Assembly: GCA_032128375.1 (NCBI GenBank)
Contig: JAQBGU010000246.1
Span: forward strand, 1 to 64,000
Source of the DNA: Deltaproteobacteria bacterium
GTDB lineage: Bacteria; Myxococcota_A; UBA9160; SMWR01
Reading direction: 5' to 3'
DNA length: 64,000 bases
Shown: piece by piece, positions 31,516-41,627 of the stretch
How the letters are laid out: the number at the start of each line of letters is the position of its first letter
How positions within the stretch are numbered: position 1 is the first letter of the stretch
The notes under the pieces: generated by a model
The model's database searches: none
The model's input: the letters and a program-made list of their open reading frames with translations, nothing else
Told to the model about the DNA's origin: nothing
Made by a program: the position numbers and the translations under genes

Positions 31516-32649
31516 ATGAATAGCGTCGAACCCGCGGACGCGAGCTGCCGCCAGATCGAAGCCGAGTTCCAACAGCGAATCGATGCTGGAGCGCGGATTC
31601 GGCCCGCCGGTAGCGCCAAGTCGGATCCGTCGAGTCTGCTGGCGCTCGGCTACACACCAAAGTACAAGATCGAACTCTTCGACACGGTCTTCTATTTGAG
31701 CAACGTTCGGCAGAACCCGGACATCCGCTTCTTCGTCGCGTTCGTGTTGCCTCCGGAACAGCCTCTGGGAGGGGGGCCAGGAGCGAAGCGGAAGCGGGTT
31801 CGATCCATCTATCCACGGATTTTGTACAAGGACGTCTCGTTGGTGTGGCGCTCTGCTTCGCACTTCGTACGTTCGGAAAACGAGAACTGGGTCGGCAAGG
31901 GCGCGGTCAAGACTTTTATCGACGAAAACGGCGAACAGGCGATCAGTTCGGCCGAAGAGACGACCGATCTGCCGCTGGAGATGCAAACGGCGCTCGAAAC
32001 GCTGGTCCGCAAGGTGCGTCGTCCCCGGCGCGACAACGCCGCGATCGAACTCGTACTGCGCTGCGGCCCCGACGATCGCATCGAACCGTATCGAGATTTC
32101 ACCGAGCCCCGCCGCATTGCGGCCGAGAACCCGCGCAACTTGATCAATCGGGGTCGACCCGTTGCGAGATTCACCCGCGAGGGCGACCCCCGATCGCTGC
32201 GATTCGTGGCCGGCTTCGAGCCCGATTTTGCATTGGGAGCCATCGAGGTCAGCGGGTTGACGAGTCGGTTGTACGGTGGTGCGGTCGAGCGTTACCGATT
32301 GTTGTCGCGGAACCGAAAAATTCAGTTCATGTTCATGGCAGGACCGAAGATGGTCTGGATCATTCCGCCCCAAGCCACTACGACCGCGCTCACGAGCTTC
32401 GGTGTCAGGCCCATCGACGTGATCGCGGACGAGGACCTGTCGATCCCGGGTTACGAGTATCACTTTCTCGACGATTCGAGTGACCCGCCAGTCTGGGTGA
32501 GCCAGATCCCACCCGGCTTCGTGGGTCCGGTGAGCGAACTCGATGATTCGCGGTGTAGCGCTGCAGCGTGGATCGACCAGATGCCGGTTGTGCGCGAATT
32601 TCGCCAGAAAGTGCTGGGTCGGCGCGTACGCGGGTCGGCCCGCCGCTAG
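31516..32649 (+). CDS. Hypothetical protein
   Basis: 377-aa ORF with normal composition filling the gap between identifiable genes; no family recognised. Confidence 0.7.
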   Translation: MNSVEPADASCRQIEAEFQQRIDAGARIRPAGSAKSDPSSLLALGYTPKYKIELFDTVFYLSNVRQNPDIRFFVAFVLPPEQPLGGGPGAKRKRVRSIYPRILYKDVSLVWRSASHFVRSENENWVGKGAVKTFIDENGEQAISSAEETTDLPLEMQTALETLVRKVRRPRRDNAAIELVLRCGPDDRIEPYRDFTEPRRIAAENPRNLINRGRPVARFTREGDPRSLRFVAGFEPDFALGAIEVSGLTSRLYGGAVERYRLLSRNRKIQFMFMAGPKMVWIIPPQATTTALTSFGVRPIDVIADEDLSIPGYEYHFLDDSSDPPVWVSQIPPGFVGPVSELDDSRCSAAAWIDQMPVVREFRQKVLGRRVRGSARR

Positions 32650-32903
32650 CGCAGCGTCTATGTCACCGGACTGGCTTCGGCGGAGAACCGCCCGCTATGG
32701 AGCACCTCCGCAAGCCGCTGAGGCTTGGCCGGGCTGGGGCGGCGCGATATCACCAGGCTTTTACAATTCTCGCCTTCCGGGCGGCCGAATCCTCTCTAGA
32801 ATGCGCGCGTCCGTCCCCCACTCAGATGAGAGAACCGACGTACGCTGATGCTGATCAGCGCGGCATGAGGAATCTTGACTTGGAAGCTGTTCAGGCACCT
32901 ATC

Positions 32904-32939
32904 AGCATCGGGAGCATCGGGAGCATCAGGAGCATCGAC
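32904..32939. repeat. 4 x 9-bp tandem array (AGCATCGGG-like)
   Basis: agcatcggg agcatcggg agcatcagg agcatcgac. Confidence 0.85.
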
Positions 32940-32984
32940 GCACGCGTTCGCGTCGCCGCACGGTCCGATCGCCGCGGAACCATC

Positions 32985-33761
32985 TTGAAATACAAGGCCG
33001 ATCGTGTTCCGATCGCCTACGTGGTGCTGGTCTTCATCTCTCGCGTGGCCATCTGGGCGTTGGCGACACCGCTGACTTGTGCGATCGGCGTCATTCCGCT
33101 CGCGGTGCTCGGCATGTTCATCGCCCCGATCAATCATCACCACCAGCACCTCAACGCGTTCCGTGCCCCGTGGATGAATCGGATCTATGACCTGGTACTC
33201 GCGTTGCAGGCCGGTATCGGTCCCTATGGTTGGGTACTCCATCACAACCTCGGGCATCACCTCAATTACTTGAACCAGCCGCCGCATGAGAAATCCGACG
33301 AATCCCATTGGACTCGCGCAGACGGGACGCAGATGGGGCGGTTCGAGTACACCATCCACCTGTTGCTACACCACCAGATCGATATCATTCGCGTGGGACT
33401 ACGACATCGCAGATACCTTCGTTACTTCTTGTTGATGAAGCTTCCGCTTTGGGGCCTGCTCGGCATCGGGCTCTGGCTTCGACCCATCGAGACTGTGCTC
33501 GTGTTTCTGTTGCCGGCTTCGATCACGCTCTTTCATACCATCTGGGCCACCTACGAGCACCACGCTGGCTGTCAGCCAAGCAATCACCACGATGCCAGCC
33601 GCAATCGAGTCAATCCGCTCTACAATGCGCTGACGGGAAATCTCGGTTACCACACCGCGCACCACAAACGCCCCGGTGTGCACTGGTCGCTGTTGCCCGC
33701 ACTGCACGAAGAAATTCGGGACCTGATCCCCGAGGAACAGATTTTCAAGACTTTCTGGTAG
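32985..33761 (+). CDS. Membrane fatty acid desaturase family protein
   Basis: His boxes NHHHQH, HHNLGHH and HTAHH plus TM segments. Start uncertain: TTG 32985 chosen, but the frame is open from 32568. Confidence 0.85.
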   Translation: MKYKADRVPIAYVVLVFISRVAIWALATPLTCAIGVIPLAVLGMFIAPINHHHQHLNAFRAPWMNRIYDLVLALQAGIGPYGWVLHHNLGHHLNYLNQPPHEKSDESHWTRADGTQMGRFEYTIHLLLHHQIDIIRVGLRHRRYLRYFLLMKLPLWGLLGIGLWLRPIETVLVFLLPASITLFHTIWATYEHHAGCQPSNHHDASRNRVNPLYNALTGNLGYHTAHHKRPGVHWSLLPALHEEIRDLIPEEQIFKTFW

Positions 33762-33794
33762 CTCCCGCAATTCCGCGTTCGCGGGCCCCTGCCA

Positions 33795-35051
33795 GTGCTC
33801 CGGCCGCCGGGTCGGGCTTGGGAGGAGCGGCATTTGATCAGAACCGCCGTCGTTCCCCGAACTGCGTGGCTGAGCGTGTTGCTGCTGCTTGCGACCGCCT
33901 CGTGCGCAGGCTTCGGAGTGCCGGGGCCGACCGCGTGTACCCCCCGCTTTCCCTACCAGGACGGCTGGCTCGGCGGTGACGCCGCCTACTCGATTCCGAT
34001 CGGACCTGGACAGAGCATCTGGTTATTCGGCGACACGTTCGTAGGCGCGCCCGATCAGCGGACGCGAAAGAACAGCCAATTCATTCACAACTCGATCGGA
34101 ATCTCGCGCTGCGCCTCCGGTGGCGGCTGGCAGATCGAGTACGCGTGGGGCCAGGCTGATGGGTCCGCTCGCGACTTCATCGATTCCGGCGAAGACGGCA
34201 GCTATTTTTGGTTGTTCGACGGTTTCGTATTCGCAGATCGGCTGTACGTCGGACTGCTGGGCGTCGAAAAAAGCCAGCCGCGTGGTCCGTTGCAGCTGCC
34301 GTTTCGTTACACGGGAATGAAGCTCGCACGCATCGAGAACTACCGAGCGGAACCGGAAAGCTGGAGTATCGAGATCTTGCCGCTATCCGACAACCGGGTC
34401 GCGTTTCCGGGTGCGATGGTAGTTTATGCAGAGCACGTCTATCTGTTTGCGTTTCTGGATCGGGATGCGGTCCACCATCCACGCATGCTCGGTCGATTTC
34501 CATTGACGGCGTTGTCGGCGAATGATGCGAGTGGCCAGCTCGAGTATCTCGCGCGCGATGAGACCTGGCGACGAGGCTTCGATCCAGACGACGCGTTGAT
34601 CGTGATGGATGACAACGCGTCCGAAATGTCGGTTCGATATCACGATGAGCTGGGCGCTTGGCTCGCCGTCTATGGCTACCCGGACCTGACGGATCGCTTC
34701 CCGGAGGTGCCACCGTCGGATCTCATCTTCGTCCGAACAGCGCAGCGTCTCGAAGGGCCGTGGTCGGAACCAAAGGCGATTTTTCGAATCCCCGAGTTGA
34801 ACAGAAGCTTCGCATCGGGGAACGATCCCAATACGTTTTGCTATGCGGCCAAGGAACATCCGCAGTACGCCGGCGCGGGGCGGCTGCTATTGACCTATGT
34901 CTGCAATCTCTTTACGCCAGCCGGGCAAGACGAGTGGGAGGTGCTCGCGCGACTCGCGATGCAGATGCATCTGTACCGGCCGCGCGTAGTCTCACTTCCG
35001 CTTGCGCAACTGGGATTGCAGCCGCCCGAGCGGTTTCCTATGGCGCGATAA
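33795..35051 (+). CDS. Putative lipoprotein, DUF4185/DUF5005-like glycosidase-type propeller
   Basis: LLLLATASC lipobox-like, GWLGGDAAYS, WLFGDTF, LEGPWSEP, YAAKEHP. Confidence 0.65.
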   Translation: MLRPPGRAWEERHLIRTAVVPRTAWLSVLLLLATASCAGFGVPGPTACTPRFPYQDGWLGGDAAYSIPIGPGQSIWLFGDTFVGAPDQRTRKNSQFIHNSIGISRCASGGGWQIEYAWGQADGSARDFIDSGEDGSYFWLFDGFVFADRLYVGLLGVEKSQPRGPLQLPFRYTGMKLARIENYRAEPESWSIEILPLSDNRVAFPGAMVVYAEHVYLFAFLDRDAVHHPRMLGRFPLTALSANDASGQLEYLARDETWRRGFDPDDALIVMDDNASEMSVRYHDELGAWLAVYGYPDLTDRFPEVPPSDLIFVRTAQRLEGPWSEPKAIFRIPELNRSFASGNDPNTFCYAAKEHPQYAGAGRLLLTYVCNLFTPAGQDEWEVLARLAMQMHLYRPRVVSLPLAQLGLQPPERFPMAR

Positions 35052-35055
35052 CGCC

Positions 35056-36198
35056 GTGGGGATTCGCTTCGCCGTCCTGCTGACCGCCTGCGCTGCCGCG
35101 CTGGGTCTGGCATCCAGTGGGGCGGCCCACGACAGCGGATACGCCTTCTTGCGACTGCAGGTGGAAGGTGGGCAGATTCAGGGAGAGTTGGAAATCAGCT
35201 CGCGTGACGCGCGGTTTCTGCTCGGCGTCCCGTTGGAGTTCTCGAACGAGGTTGGCTGGTCGGAGATCCTCGCGCAGCAGTCGAAGCTGATCGGGTATGC
35301 GGCGCAGGGACTGTCGATTCAAAACAGCTCGGGTGAGTGCCCCCTGAAGCTGGCGACGCCGCCGTTGCTGCGGCTCGTCGAGCGGGATTACGCGTTGATG
35401 AGCTTCACCGCCGCCTGCCCCTCGGCGGGCGAATCGGTTTCGGTGCAGTATGACATTCTCTTCGAGCACGACCCCAGCCACCGCGCGCTGTTAGCGCTTT
35501 CCGAACCAGGTCGGACGCAGACGGCCGTCTTCTTGGATGACCAGCGGCACTTCGAGCTGCCCGTCCGAGGTGTCACGAAAGCGCATCACTTCGTCGGCTA
35601 TCTGCGCGAAGGAATGACGCACATCGCGACCGGCTACGATCACTTGCTGTTCCTGCTGGTGCTGCTGCTACCCGCCACCGCTGTGTGGCGCGATGGCGGC
35701 TGGGTGGCGCGAAAGGACTCACGCGCGGTCGTCATCGAGATCGCGAAGGTGGTCTCAGCCTTCACGCTCGCCCACTCACTGACGCTGGGGCTCGCCGCAT
35801 TTGGTTGGATCTCGCTGCCGCCACGTTGGGTCGAGGTAGCCATCGCCGCCTCGGTTCTGGTCGCCGCGTTCAACAACCTGCAGCCGTTCGTCCGAGGAAC
35901 GCCCTGGACGCTGGCGCTCGGCTTCGGGCTGATACACGGCCTCGGCTTTGCGACCCTGCTCGGGATCCTGAGCCTGCCGTTCGGCGCGAAGGGGATCGCG
36001 CTGCTGGCCTTCAACCTGGGTGTGGAACTCGGTCAGCTCGCGATCGTCGCAGGCTGTTTGCCCGTGCTGTTGTGGCTTCGCCACAGCAAGTACTACCGGC
36101 GAGCCCTCATCGAGTTGCCTTCGCTGCTGATCGCCTGGATCGCCGCGCTATGGGTGGTCGAGCGAACGACTGGTTACCGGCTATTTTCGCTCGACTAG
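35056..36198 (+). CDS. HupE/UreJ family protein
   Basis: AAH after the signal peptide, GMTHIATGYDHLLFL, FTLAHSLTL, GLIHGLGFA, FNLGVELGQL. Confidence 0.9.
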   Translation: MGIRFAVLLTACAAALGLASSGAAHDSGYAFLRLQVEGGQIQGELEISSRDARFLLGVPLEFSNEVGWSEILAQQSKLIGYAAQGLSIQNSSGECPLKLATPPLLRLVERDYALMSFTAACPSAGESVSVQYDILFEHDPSHRALLALSEPGRTQTAVFLDDQRHFELPVRGVTKAHHFVGYLREGMTHIATGYDHLLFLLVLLLPATAVWRDGGWVARKDSRAVVIEIAKVVSAFTLAHSLTLGLAAFGWISLPPRWVEVAIAASVLVAAFNNLQPFVRGTPWTLALGFGLIHGLGFATLLGILSLPFGAKGIALLAFNLGVELGQLAIVAGCLPVLLWLRHSKYYRRALIELPSLLIAWIAALWVVERTTGYRLFSLD

Positions 36199-36214
36199 AG
36201 CCCATCTCACGAAC

Positions 36215-36264
36215 CCCACCGTTCGGGGGGGCCGGGAAGATTCCCGGCCCCCCCGGACGGTGGG
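36215..36264. terminator. Long GC-rich inverted repeat between convergent genes (probable terminator)
   Basis: CCCACCGTTCGGGGGGGCCGGGAA-ga-TTCCCGGCCCCCCCGGACGGTGGG: 24-nt arms with one mismatch; no canonical U-tract after the stem on either strand. Confidence 0.6.
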
Positions 36265-36297
36265 AAAAAAGGTGGGACGGGCTCGATTCCCGAGCCG

Positions 36298-36945
36298 CTA
36301 GCTGGCCGCGGGCATTGAACTGCGGCGCCGCACCAGCAGGGCTGTGGAGAGAATGACAAGTCCAACGAGAATGATCACACCGAAGCGTTGCACTGCGGGA
36401 ACGGCAATCCCCGACACATTGATCGACCCCGTTGCCCCCGACGCGTTTTGCGGCGTGTTCACGGTGCCACTCGGGTTCTCGGTATCGATCGAGTCGATGC
36501 CGTCGGTGGGAAGTCCACCGGCGGTATAGCTCAGATCTGTGCCAGCGAGCCCCGCGTACCGAACGGTGTCGACTGAGAGTTCGAGGAAGTTGTCCGGAAG
36601 GGTGGCGTCCGGTGCCGGCGCCGACTGAGCGGTGGCGGCTGCCGCGTAACCAGCCGTCCCGACGAGATAATACTGGCCGAGATTCGCGGCTCCGATCGGC
36701 GGTCCGGCGAGCGAAGCCGCCGTCGCGATCAATCCACTGGTGCCGAGCGGGCTGGTGTTGATTGTGAAATTCACGATGGCGCCTTCGTTGTTAGCGGTCC
36801 CGAGCAACTCGACAAACTGGATCGTTCCGTCGTCGTTCGAGAATACCTCTGAAATGATCCACTGGTGATGCCCCGCTTGCGCGGTCGACGCCCAGCCGAT
36901 CGTGAGAAGAACGAAGATTCCGAATATCTGTTGAATGCGTGTCAT
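36298..36945 (-). CDS. Secreted protein with IPTL-CTERM-like sorting tail
   Basis: AAGGAGG RBS and ATG 36945; signal peptide ending AQA; HHQWIISEVFSNDDGTIQFVEL domain; tail VPAVQRFGVIILVGLVILSTALLVRRR. Confidence 0.8.
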   Translation of the reverse strand: MTRIQQIFGIFVLLTIGWASTAQAGHHQWIISEVFSNDDGTIQFVELLGTANNEGAIVNFTINTSPLGTSGLIATAASLAGPPIGAANLGQYYLVGTAGYAAAATAQSAPAPDATLPDNFLELSVDTVRYAGLAGTDLSYTAGGLPTDGIDSIDTENPSGTVNTPQNASGATGSINVSGIAVPAVQRFGVIILVGLVILSTALLVRRRSSMPAAS

Positions 36946-37145
36946 TGAAGAGCCTCCTTGCTCTCGAACCTTCTGTCGAGAGTCTCCATATCCAGGTAAC
37001 CCCGTTCTATCAGACGGGGAGTTCGCAAGTCGAGAGAATTCGGGCAGTTCCGCTGATTTTCGGCGTTTCCGTCTGCGAAACGCATTGTCCAGGAATTGGA
37101 GGATGAGCGACGACTCGACGAGGAGGCAACCGCCGCGCACCAGCG

Positions 37146-37229
37146 TCGGTACTGCCTTCGGTACTGCCTTCGGTACTGCTTTCGATACTCCCTTCGGTAC
37201 TCCCTTCGGTACTCCCTTCGGTACTACGC
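37146..37229. repeat. 7 x 12-bp tandem array (TCGGTACTSCCT)
   Basis: Units change from tcggtactgcct to tcggtactccct along the array; intergenic. Confidence 0.93.
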
Positions 37230-37367
37230 CACAAACGACATGGCGCTCTGTTGGTGGACTCAGCACCGGACTTCGTCGGAAACCTGAGCAGAGGTAGCAG
37301 AGGTAATGCGGCTCTTCAGTCCGTCTTCCCGTATGCTGGCCGCGGCGCGACTGGAGCGAGGTGCCGA

Positions 37368-38660
37368 ATGAAGCGATGTACGGCCGCGCAGGCGGCTGCG
37401 CTGCTGCGCCCCAGCGACACGATGAACCTGGGGTTCGGTCCAGCCCAACCCGGCCTGCTTCTCGAGGCGATGGGCGAACGTGACGACTGGGAGGACCTCA
37501 CTGTCTTCGGAGGGATGCTGCTCCAGGTCTATCCGGTTTTCACGAAGTCGGGCGTGCATCTCCTGTCGGGGTTCTTCGGTCCGGCTGAACGCGCGCTGCG
37601 CGATGCAGGCCACGACGTGTCCTTTCTGCCCGGCGACTTTCGGCGCTTCAAGCTGTTTTCCGAGCGAATGGCGGCACGTGTGGTGGCGATCACCGCCACA
37701 CCGCCGAATTCCGACGGCTGGCTGAGCCTCTCACTCGCCGCGGGCGCGACCGTTGCAGAGACGCTTCGCTGCGGACGAGATCCTGAACGACTGCTGATGG
37801 TGGAGACGAATCCGCGGCTACCGCGGACATCGGGGCTGCCACCCGAGCACCGGCACGCGCTACACGTGGACGATGTCGACATCGTAATCGAGACCGACCG
37901 AAAACCGATGGAGCTCCCCGACCCCGAACCGACTGAGATCGAGCGCGCCATCGCGGACCACGTTCGGGCGTTCATCCCGGATGGCGCGACCCTCCAGACG
38001 GGGATAGGCGGCATCCCAGGTGCGGTCGCCGGCCTGCTCGCTGACGGACCGGGCGGCGACTACGGTGTGCACAGTGAGATGTTCACTACAGGGCTGATGC
38101 GGCTGCACAAGGCCGGCAAGGTCAGCAACGCGCACAGGGGTGCGCACGACGGGTACTCGGTCACGACGTTTGCGATGGGGACCGGGGAACTCTACGAGTG
38201 GTTGCACGAACAGCAGGCGGTTCGCTTTCTGCCGGTGGAATACATCAACACACCGATGATCATCGCTGCGAATCGCAATATGCGATGCATCAACGGGGCG
38301 CTGATGCTCGACTTGATCGGCCAGGTCGTCGCAGACTCCATTGACGGGCGCCAGTACTCCGGCATCGGCGGCCACGAGGACTTTACATCTGGCGGTAGCT
38401 TCGAGGAGGACGACCGCTCGCTCATCTGTCTACCCTCGACGGTCGAAGCCGGTGGCGAACGGCACTCGCGAATTCGCGCCAGCTTCGATGCGGGTACGAT
38501 CGTGACGACCCCACGCCACCAACTCGACGTCGTTGTGACGGAGTTCGGTGCCGCCGAGGTTTCTGGCCGGACCGTCAGGAGTAGAGCCCACGCACTCGCC
38601 GCGATCGCGCACCCCGACTTTCGCGACTCCCTTCACGAGGCCGCCGACCGGATCGTTTGA
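37368..38660 (+). CDS. Acetyl-CoA hydrolase/transferase family protein (4-hydroxybutyrate CoA-transferase-like)
   Basis: TLQTGIGGIP, HSEMF, SGIGGHEDF, VVTEFG, IAHPDFR. Confidence 0.92.
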   Translation: MKRCTAAQAAALLRPSDTMNLGFGPAQPGLLLEAMGERDDWEDLTVFGGMLLQVYPVFTKSGVHLLSGFFGPAERALRDAGHDVSFLPGDFRRFKLFSERMAARVVAITATPPNSDGWLSLSLAAGATVAETLRCGRDPERLLMVETNPRLPRTSGLPPEHRHALHVDDVDIVIETDRKPMELPDPEPTEIERAIADHVRAFIPDGATLQTGIGGIPGAVAGLLADGPGGDYGVHSEMFTTGLMRLHKAGKVSNAHRGAHDGYSVTTFAMGTGELYEWLHEQQAVRFLPVEYINTPMIIAANRNMRCINGALMLDLIGQVVADSIDGRQYSGIGGHEDFTSGGSFEEDDRSLICLPSTVEAGGERHSRIRASFDAGTIVTTPRHQLDVVVTEFGAAEVSGRTVRSRAHALAAIAHPDFRDSLHEAADRIV

Positions 38661-38900
38661 CAGAGTGTTGCCAACAGGCTGTGGGACTTTCGGCCCTGCC
38701 GAGGGATCTCGCCTGCATTCCGGAATCGGGTATTGAGAAAGAACCGGGTGGCGTGGTCGTCGCCAAGCGGTTCGGTTCTGTGCTCACTACGTCCGAGAAG
38801 CTGCGGAAGACACCCGGTCCAGTGTCCCACACGGACCCGATCGGGGTTACAGTGAAGGCGATCCACTGGCCGCTCATCGATTCCGATCGGGGATAGCTGT

Positions 38901-39278
38901 TTGAACGCACGAACCAGGACATGGGTCGCCAAAGAGTTCGCTCTGGCCAATGCGCTGCTGGTGCTCTTCGCCACGAGTGGAGACCTCGGACACGCGCTTG
39001 CCGGCGGCTCGTTGCACGGATTCGAAACGACCATCGCAACGGCGAACGGCGGGGCTGACCAAGATTCTCCTGCGCCAGCATCGTCGCATGTGGCGACGGA
39101 TTGTCCGCTCTGTCGGTTAGGGCGAACCTCGAGCACAGCGGTAAGCAGTAGGCCGCGATGCTTCACCACAGCCGCCCAAAGATCCTACGCAGTACTCCTT
39201 CCCGAAACATGGGCGCCCCGTTCACAGCGTCCGCGCGCCGATACAGCGCGCGCCCCGCCTACACGACTCTCCGCCTGA
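38901..39278 (+). CDS. DUF2946-like small leader protein with CxxC and C-terminal RAPP
   Basis: N-terminal hydrophobic segment, HVATDCPLC, C-terminal ARAPPTRLSA; directly upstream of the metal uptake operon. Confidence 0.7.
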   Translation: MNARTRTWVAKEFALANALLVLFATSGDLGHALAGGSLHGFETTIATANGGADQDSPAPASSHVATDCPLCRLGRTSSTAVSSRPRCFTTAAQRSYAVLLPETWAPRSQRPRADTARAPPTRLSA

Positions 39279-39342
39279 TTCGCTGAAATTATCGCAGCGG
39301 AAGAAGTGTCTCGCTGGTTCTCCGGCGAGGCCGGAGGATCGT

Positions 39343-40650
39343 GTGATGAGAAGTGCCCTGGCTATCGGCGCGGCGTTGGCCGTATGCTGCATCGGGTTTG
39401 AAGCGGTGAGCGAAGAGCCTTCGGTGGCCGCGTTGATTGAGACCGTGAGAGCCCTGACCGAGCGCGTCGAGGAAATGGAGCGCTCGCGCACCGAGGACCA
39501 GCACCGCATTCGGGAGTTGGAACAAAAGGTCGAGACGGTTCGGCACGCGGATGAATCGGATGATTTGTCCATCGTAGACGCTGTGACCGGCGCCCTCGGG
39601 CAGGGCAACCTGCTCAATCCGGAGATCACAGTCTTCCTGGATATGGGGGGGAGCTTGTCGACCAACGATGACAACGACGCCCGCAATCGTTTCACCCTGC
39701 GCGAGGCGGAGGTGGACTTTCGGGCTGCGGTCACACCGCGCGCAGATGGTGTGCTGGTGCTCGCGATCGGCGAAGAGATCGAGGACCCGTTTGGCGACGT
39801 GGATATCGACTTCGAGTTCGAACTCGAGGAAGGCTACCTGGATGTACACACGTTGCCGTGGGATCTCGCGCTGCGGGCCGGAAAGTTTCGCTCCGCATTT
39901 GGCCGAAACAATTTGCTTCACACCCATGATCTGCCACAACTGACCCGTCCGTTGGCCGTGCAGGCGTTTCTCGGACCCGAAGGCCTGGCAACAGTCGGAG
40001 CTTCGCTGAACTGGCTCGTTCCAAACCCTTGGGATCAGTACCTGGAACTCACCGCCCAGGTCGTCAACGCCGACGGAGGTGCGGAGTCACCGATCCTCGA
40101 CGGACCGGGAGCCGCCAACCCCGCCGTACTGAGCCACTTGAAATTCTTTCGGGACATTGGCGACACCGGCTCGCTCGAACTCGGATCGAGCTTTCTGTAC
40201 AGCCGGGCCACGGGCAGCCGTGACGACGGTTATACGCTGGGAGCCGACATCACCTACCTGTGGCGCGCCGCCGCCGCTGCGGATTCTCGAAGCCTACTCG
40301 TCCAGGGCGAGCTGTTCTGGACGAACAGCGATTTCGAAGACAACAACCGTGACAATTACTGGGGCGCCTATGCGTTTGGCCAGTACCAGTTTGCCCAGAA
40401 CTGGTACGCGGGCGTCCGGCTCGATTACACCGAACTACCCAACGTGGACGCGAGACCCAGCAGTGACTCCGAGTGGGGAGTTTCCTCGTATCTCACCTGG
40501 TACCTGGCGGAGTCGCTTCGGCTCCGATTGGAGTATCAGCATTTGGGCGGCGACCTGTTGGGCCAAGCTGACTCCGAAGATGCGCTCCTGCTCGGCATGA
40601 CGTTCTACATCGGCGCGCATCCCGCGCACCCGTATTGGGTGAACCGATGA
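39343..40650 (+). CDS. Outer-membrane beta-barrel porin associated with metal uptake
   Basis: Signal peptide, N-terminal coiled coil, LNPEI, LEEGY, GKFRSAFGRNNLLHTHD, His-rich C-terminus GAHPAHPY. Confidence 0.75.
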   Translation: MMRSALAIGAALAVCCIGFEAVSEEPSVAALIETVRALTERVEEMERSRTEDQHRIRELEQKVETVRHADESDDLSIVDAVTGALGQGNLLNPEITVFLDMGGSLSTNDDNDARNRFTLREAEVDFRAAVTPRADGVLVLAIGEEIEDPFGDVDIDFEFELEEGYLDVHTLPWDLALRAGKFRSAFGRNNLLHTHDLPQLTRPLAVQAFLGPEGLATVGASLNWLVPNPWDQYLELTAQVVNADGGAESPILDGPGAANPAVLSHLKFFRDIGDTGSLELGSSFLYSRATGSRDDGYTLGADITYLWRAAAAADSRSLLVQGELFWTNSDFEDNNRDNYWGAYAFGQYQFAQNWYAGVRLDYTELPNVDARPSSDSEWGVSSYLTWYLAESLRLRLEYQHLGGDLLGQADSEDALLLGMTFYIGAHPAHPYWVNR

Positions 40651-41627
40651 GTGATGGCATGCGATCTCTCGGCCGGCTGAGAGGGGATTTTGCGACGCTG
40701 TTTTTCGCGGCGCTGGTGCCGATCTCTGCACTCGCTGACGTGCGCGTGGTGACGACGAATCCCACTCTCGCCGACCTGGTTCGTCAGGTCGGGGGCGAGC
40801 CAGTACGCGTCGAGAGCTTGATGCGCGGTCCCGAGAATCCACACAACGTGATCCCGACGCCGAGCCTCGTGATGAAGCTGCGAAAAGCCGATCTCTTCGT
40901 GCATCTCGGACTCGACGCTGAGCCCTGGGTGCCAAATCTGTTGCGCAGCGCGAGACGAGAGCAGCTGCTCCCGGGCGGCAGCGGAAACGTCGACACGTCG
41001 ACCGGGATCGCCTTGCTCGAGGTACCTTCGCAAGGTGAACTGACGCGGGCGTTAGGCGACATCCATGTCTACGGCAACACCCATTACGTACTCGACCCGC
41101 TCAATGGGATCGTGATCGGGCGCACGATCGCGAAAGCGCTCGCACGGGCCGACTCCGAGCATGCGGCATTGTTTGACGAGCGCGCGGGGGAGCTGGAACG
41201 AAGCCTGCGCGTGCTGACCGAGAAGCTCACGCGGGACATGGCGCCGCTCGCCGGATCGAGTGTCGTGACCTATCACCGAACCTGGCCCTATTTTCTGAAG
41301 CGGTTCAACCTCGAGAAACTCGACGAGGTGGAGCCGAAACCGGGCATCGCTCCTGGGCCACGTCACATCGCTCAGATTGCTGAAGAGATGCAAAAGAACG
41401 GCGTCGGTCTCGTGATCGTCGAGACCTTTAGCGACCAGAGGGCGGCGCAGCGCCTGGCCGAACTTTCCCACGGGCGGAGCGTTTTGCTCGCCCAAGAGGT
41501 CAACGCCGTACCCGGTGTCGACACCTACCAGGCGCTCTTTGAACACAACATCGAAGGATTGCTCACAGCGCACCAGGAGTTGAGTGGAGCGTCAGCGAAC
41601 CCGCTGGCCGTCGAGACGACGCGATGA
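40647..41627 (+). CDS. Zn/Mn ABC transporter substrate-binding protein (ZnuA/TroA family)
   Basis: NPHNV, GDIHVYGNTHYVLDP, TYHRTW, VEPKPGIAPGPRH; ATGA overlap with the upstream gene. Confidence 0.9.
   Translation: MSDGMRSLGRLRGDFATLFFAALVPISALADVRVVTTNPTLADLVRQVGGEPVRVESLMRGPENPHNVIPTPSLVMKLRKADLFVHLGLDAEPWVPNLLRSARREQLLPGGSGNVDTSTGIALLEVPSQGELTRALGDIHVYGNTHYVLDPLNGIVIGRTIAKALARADSEHAALFDERAGELERSLRVLTEKLTRDMAPLAGSSVVTYHRTWPYFLKRFNLEKLDEVEPKPGIAPGPRHIAQIAEEMQKNGVGLVIVETFSDQRAAQRLAELSHGRSVLLAQEVNAVPGVDTYQALFEHNIEGLLTAHQELSGASANPLAVETTR

Noticed and set aside
36946..37266. N-terminal extension (VPKG repeats) of the 36298 ORF
   Set aside because: It translates the 12-bp array; a strong AAGGAGG RBS and a signal peptide mark ATG 36945.
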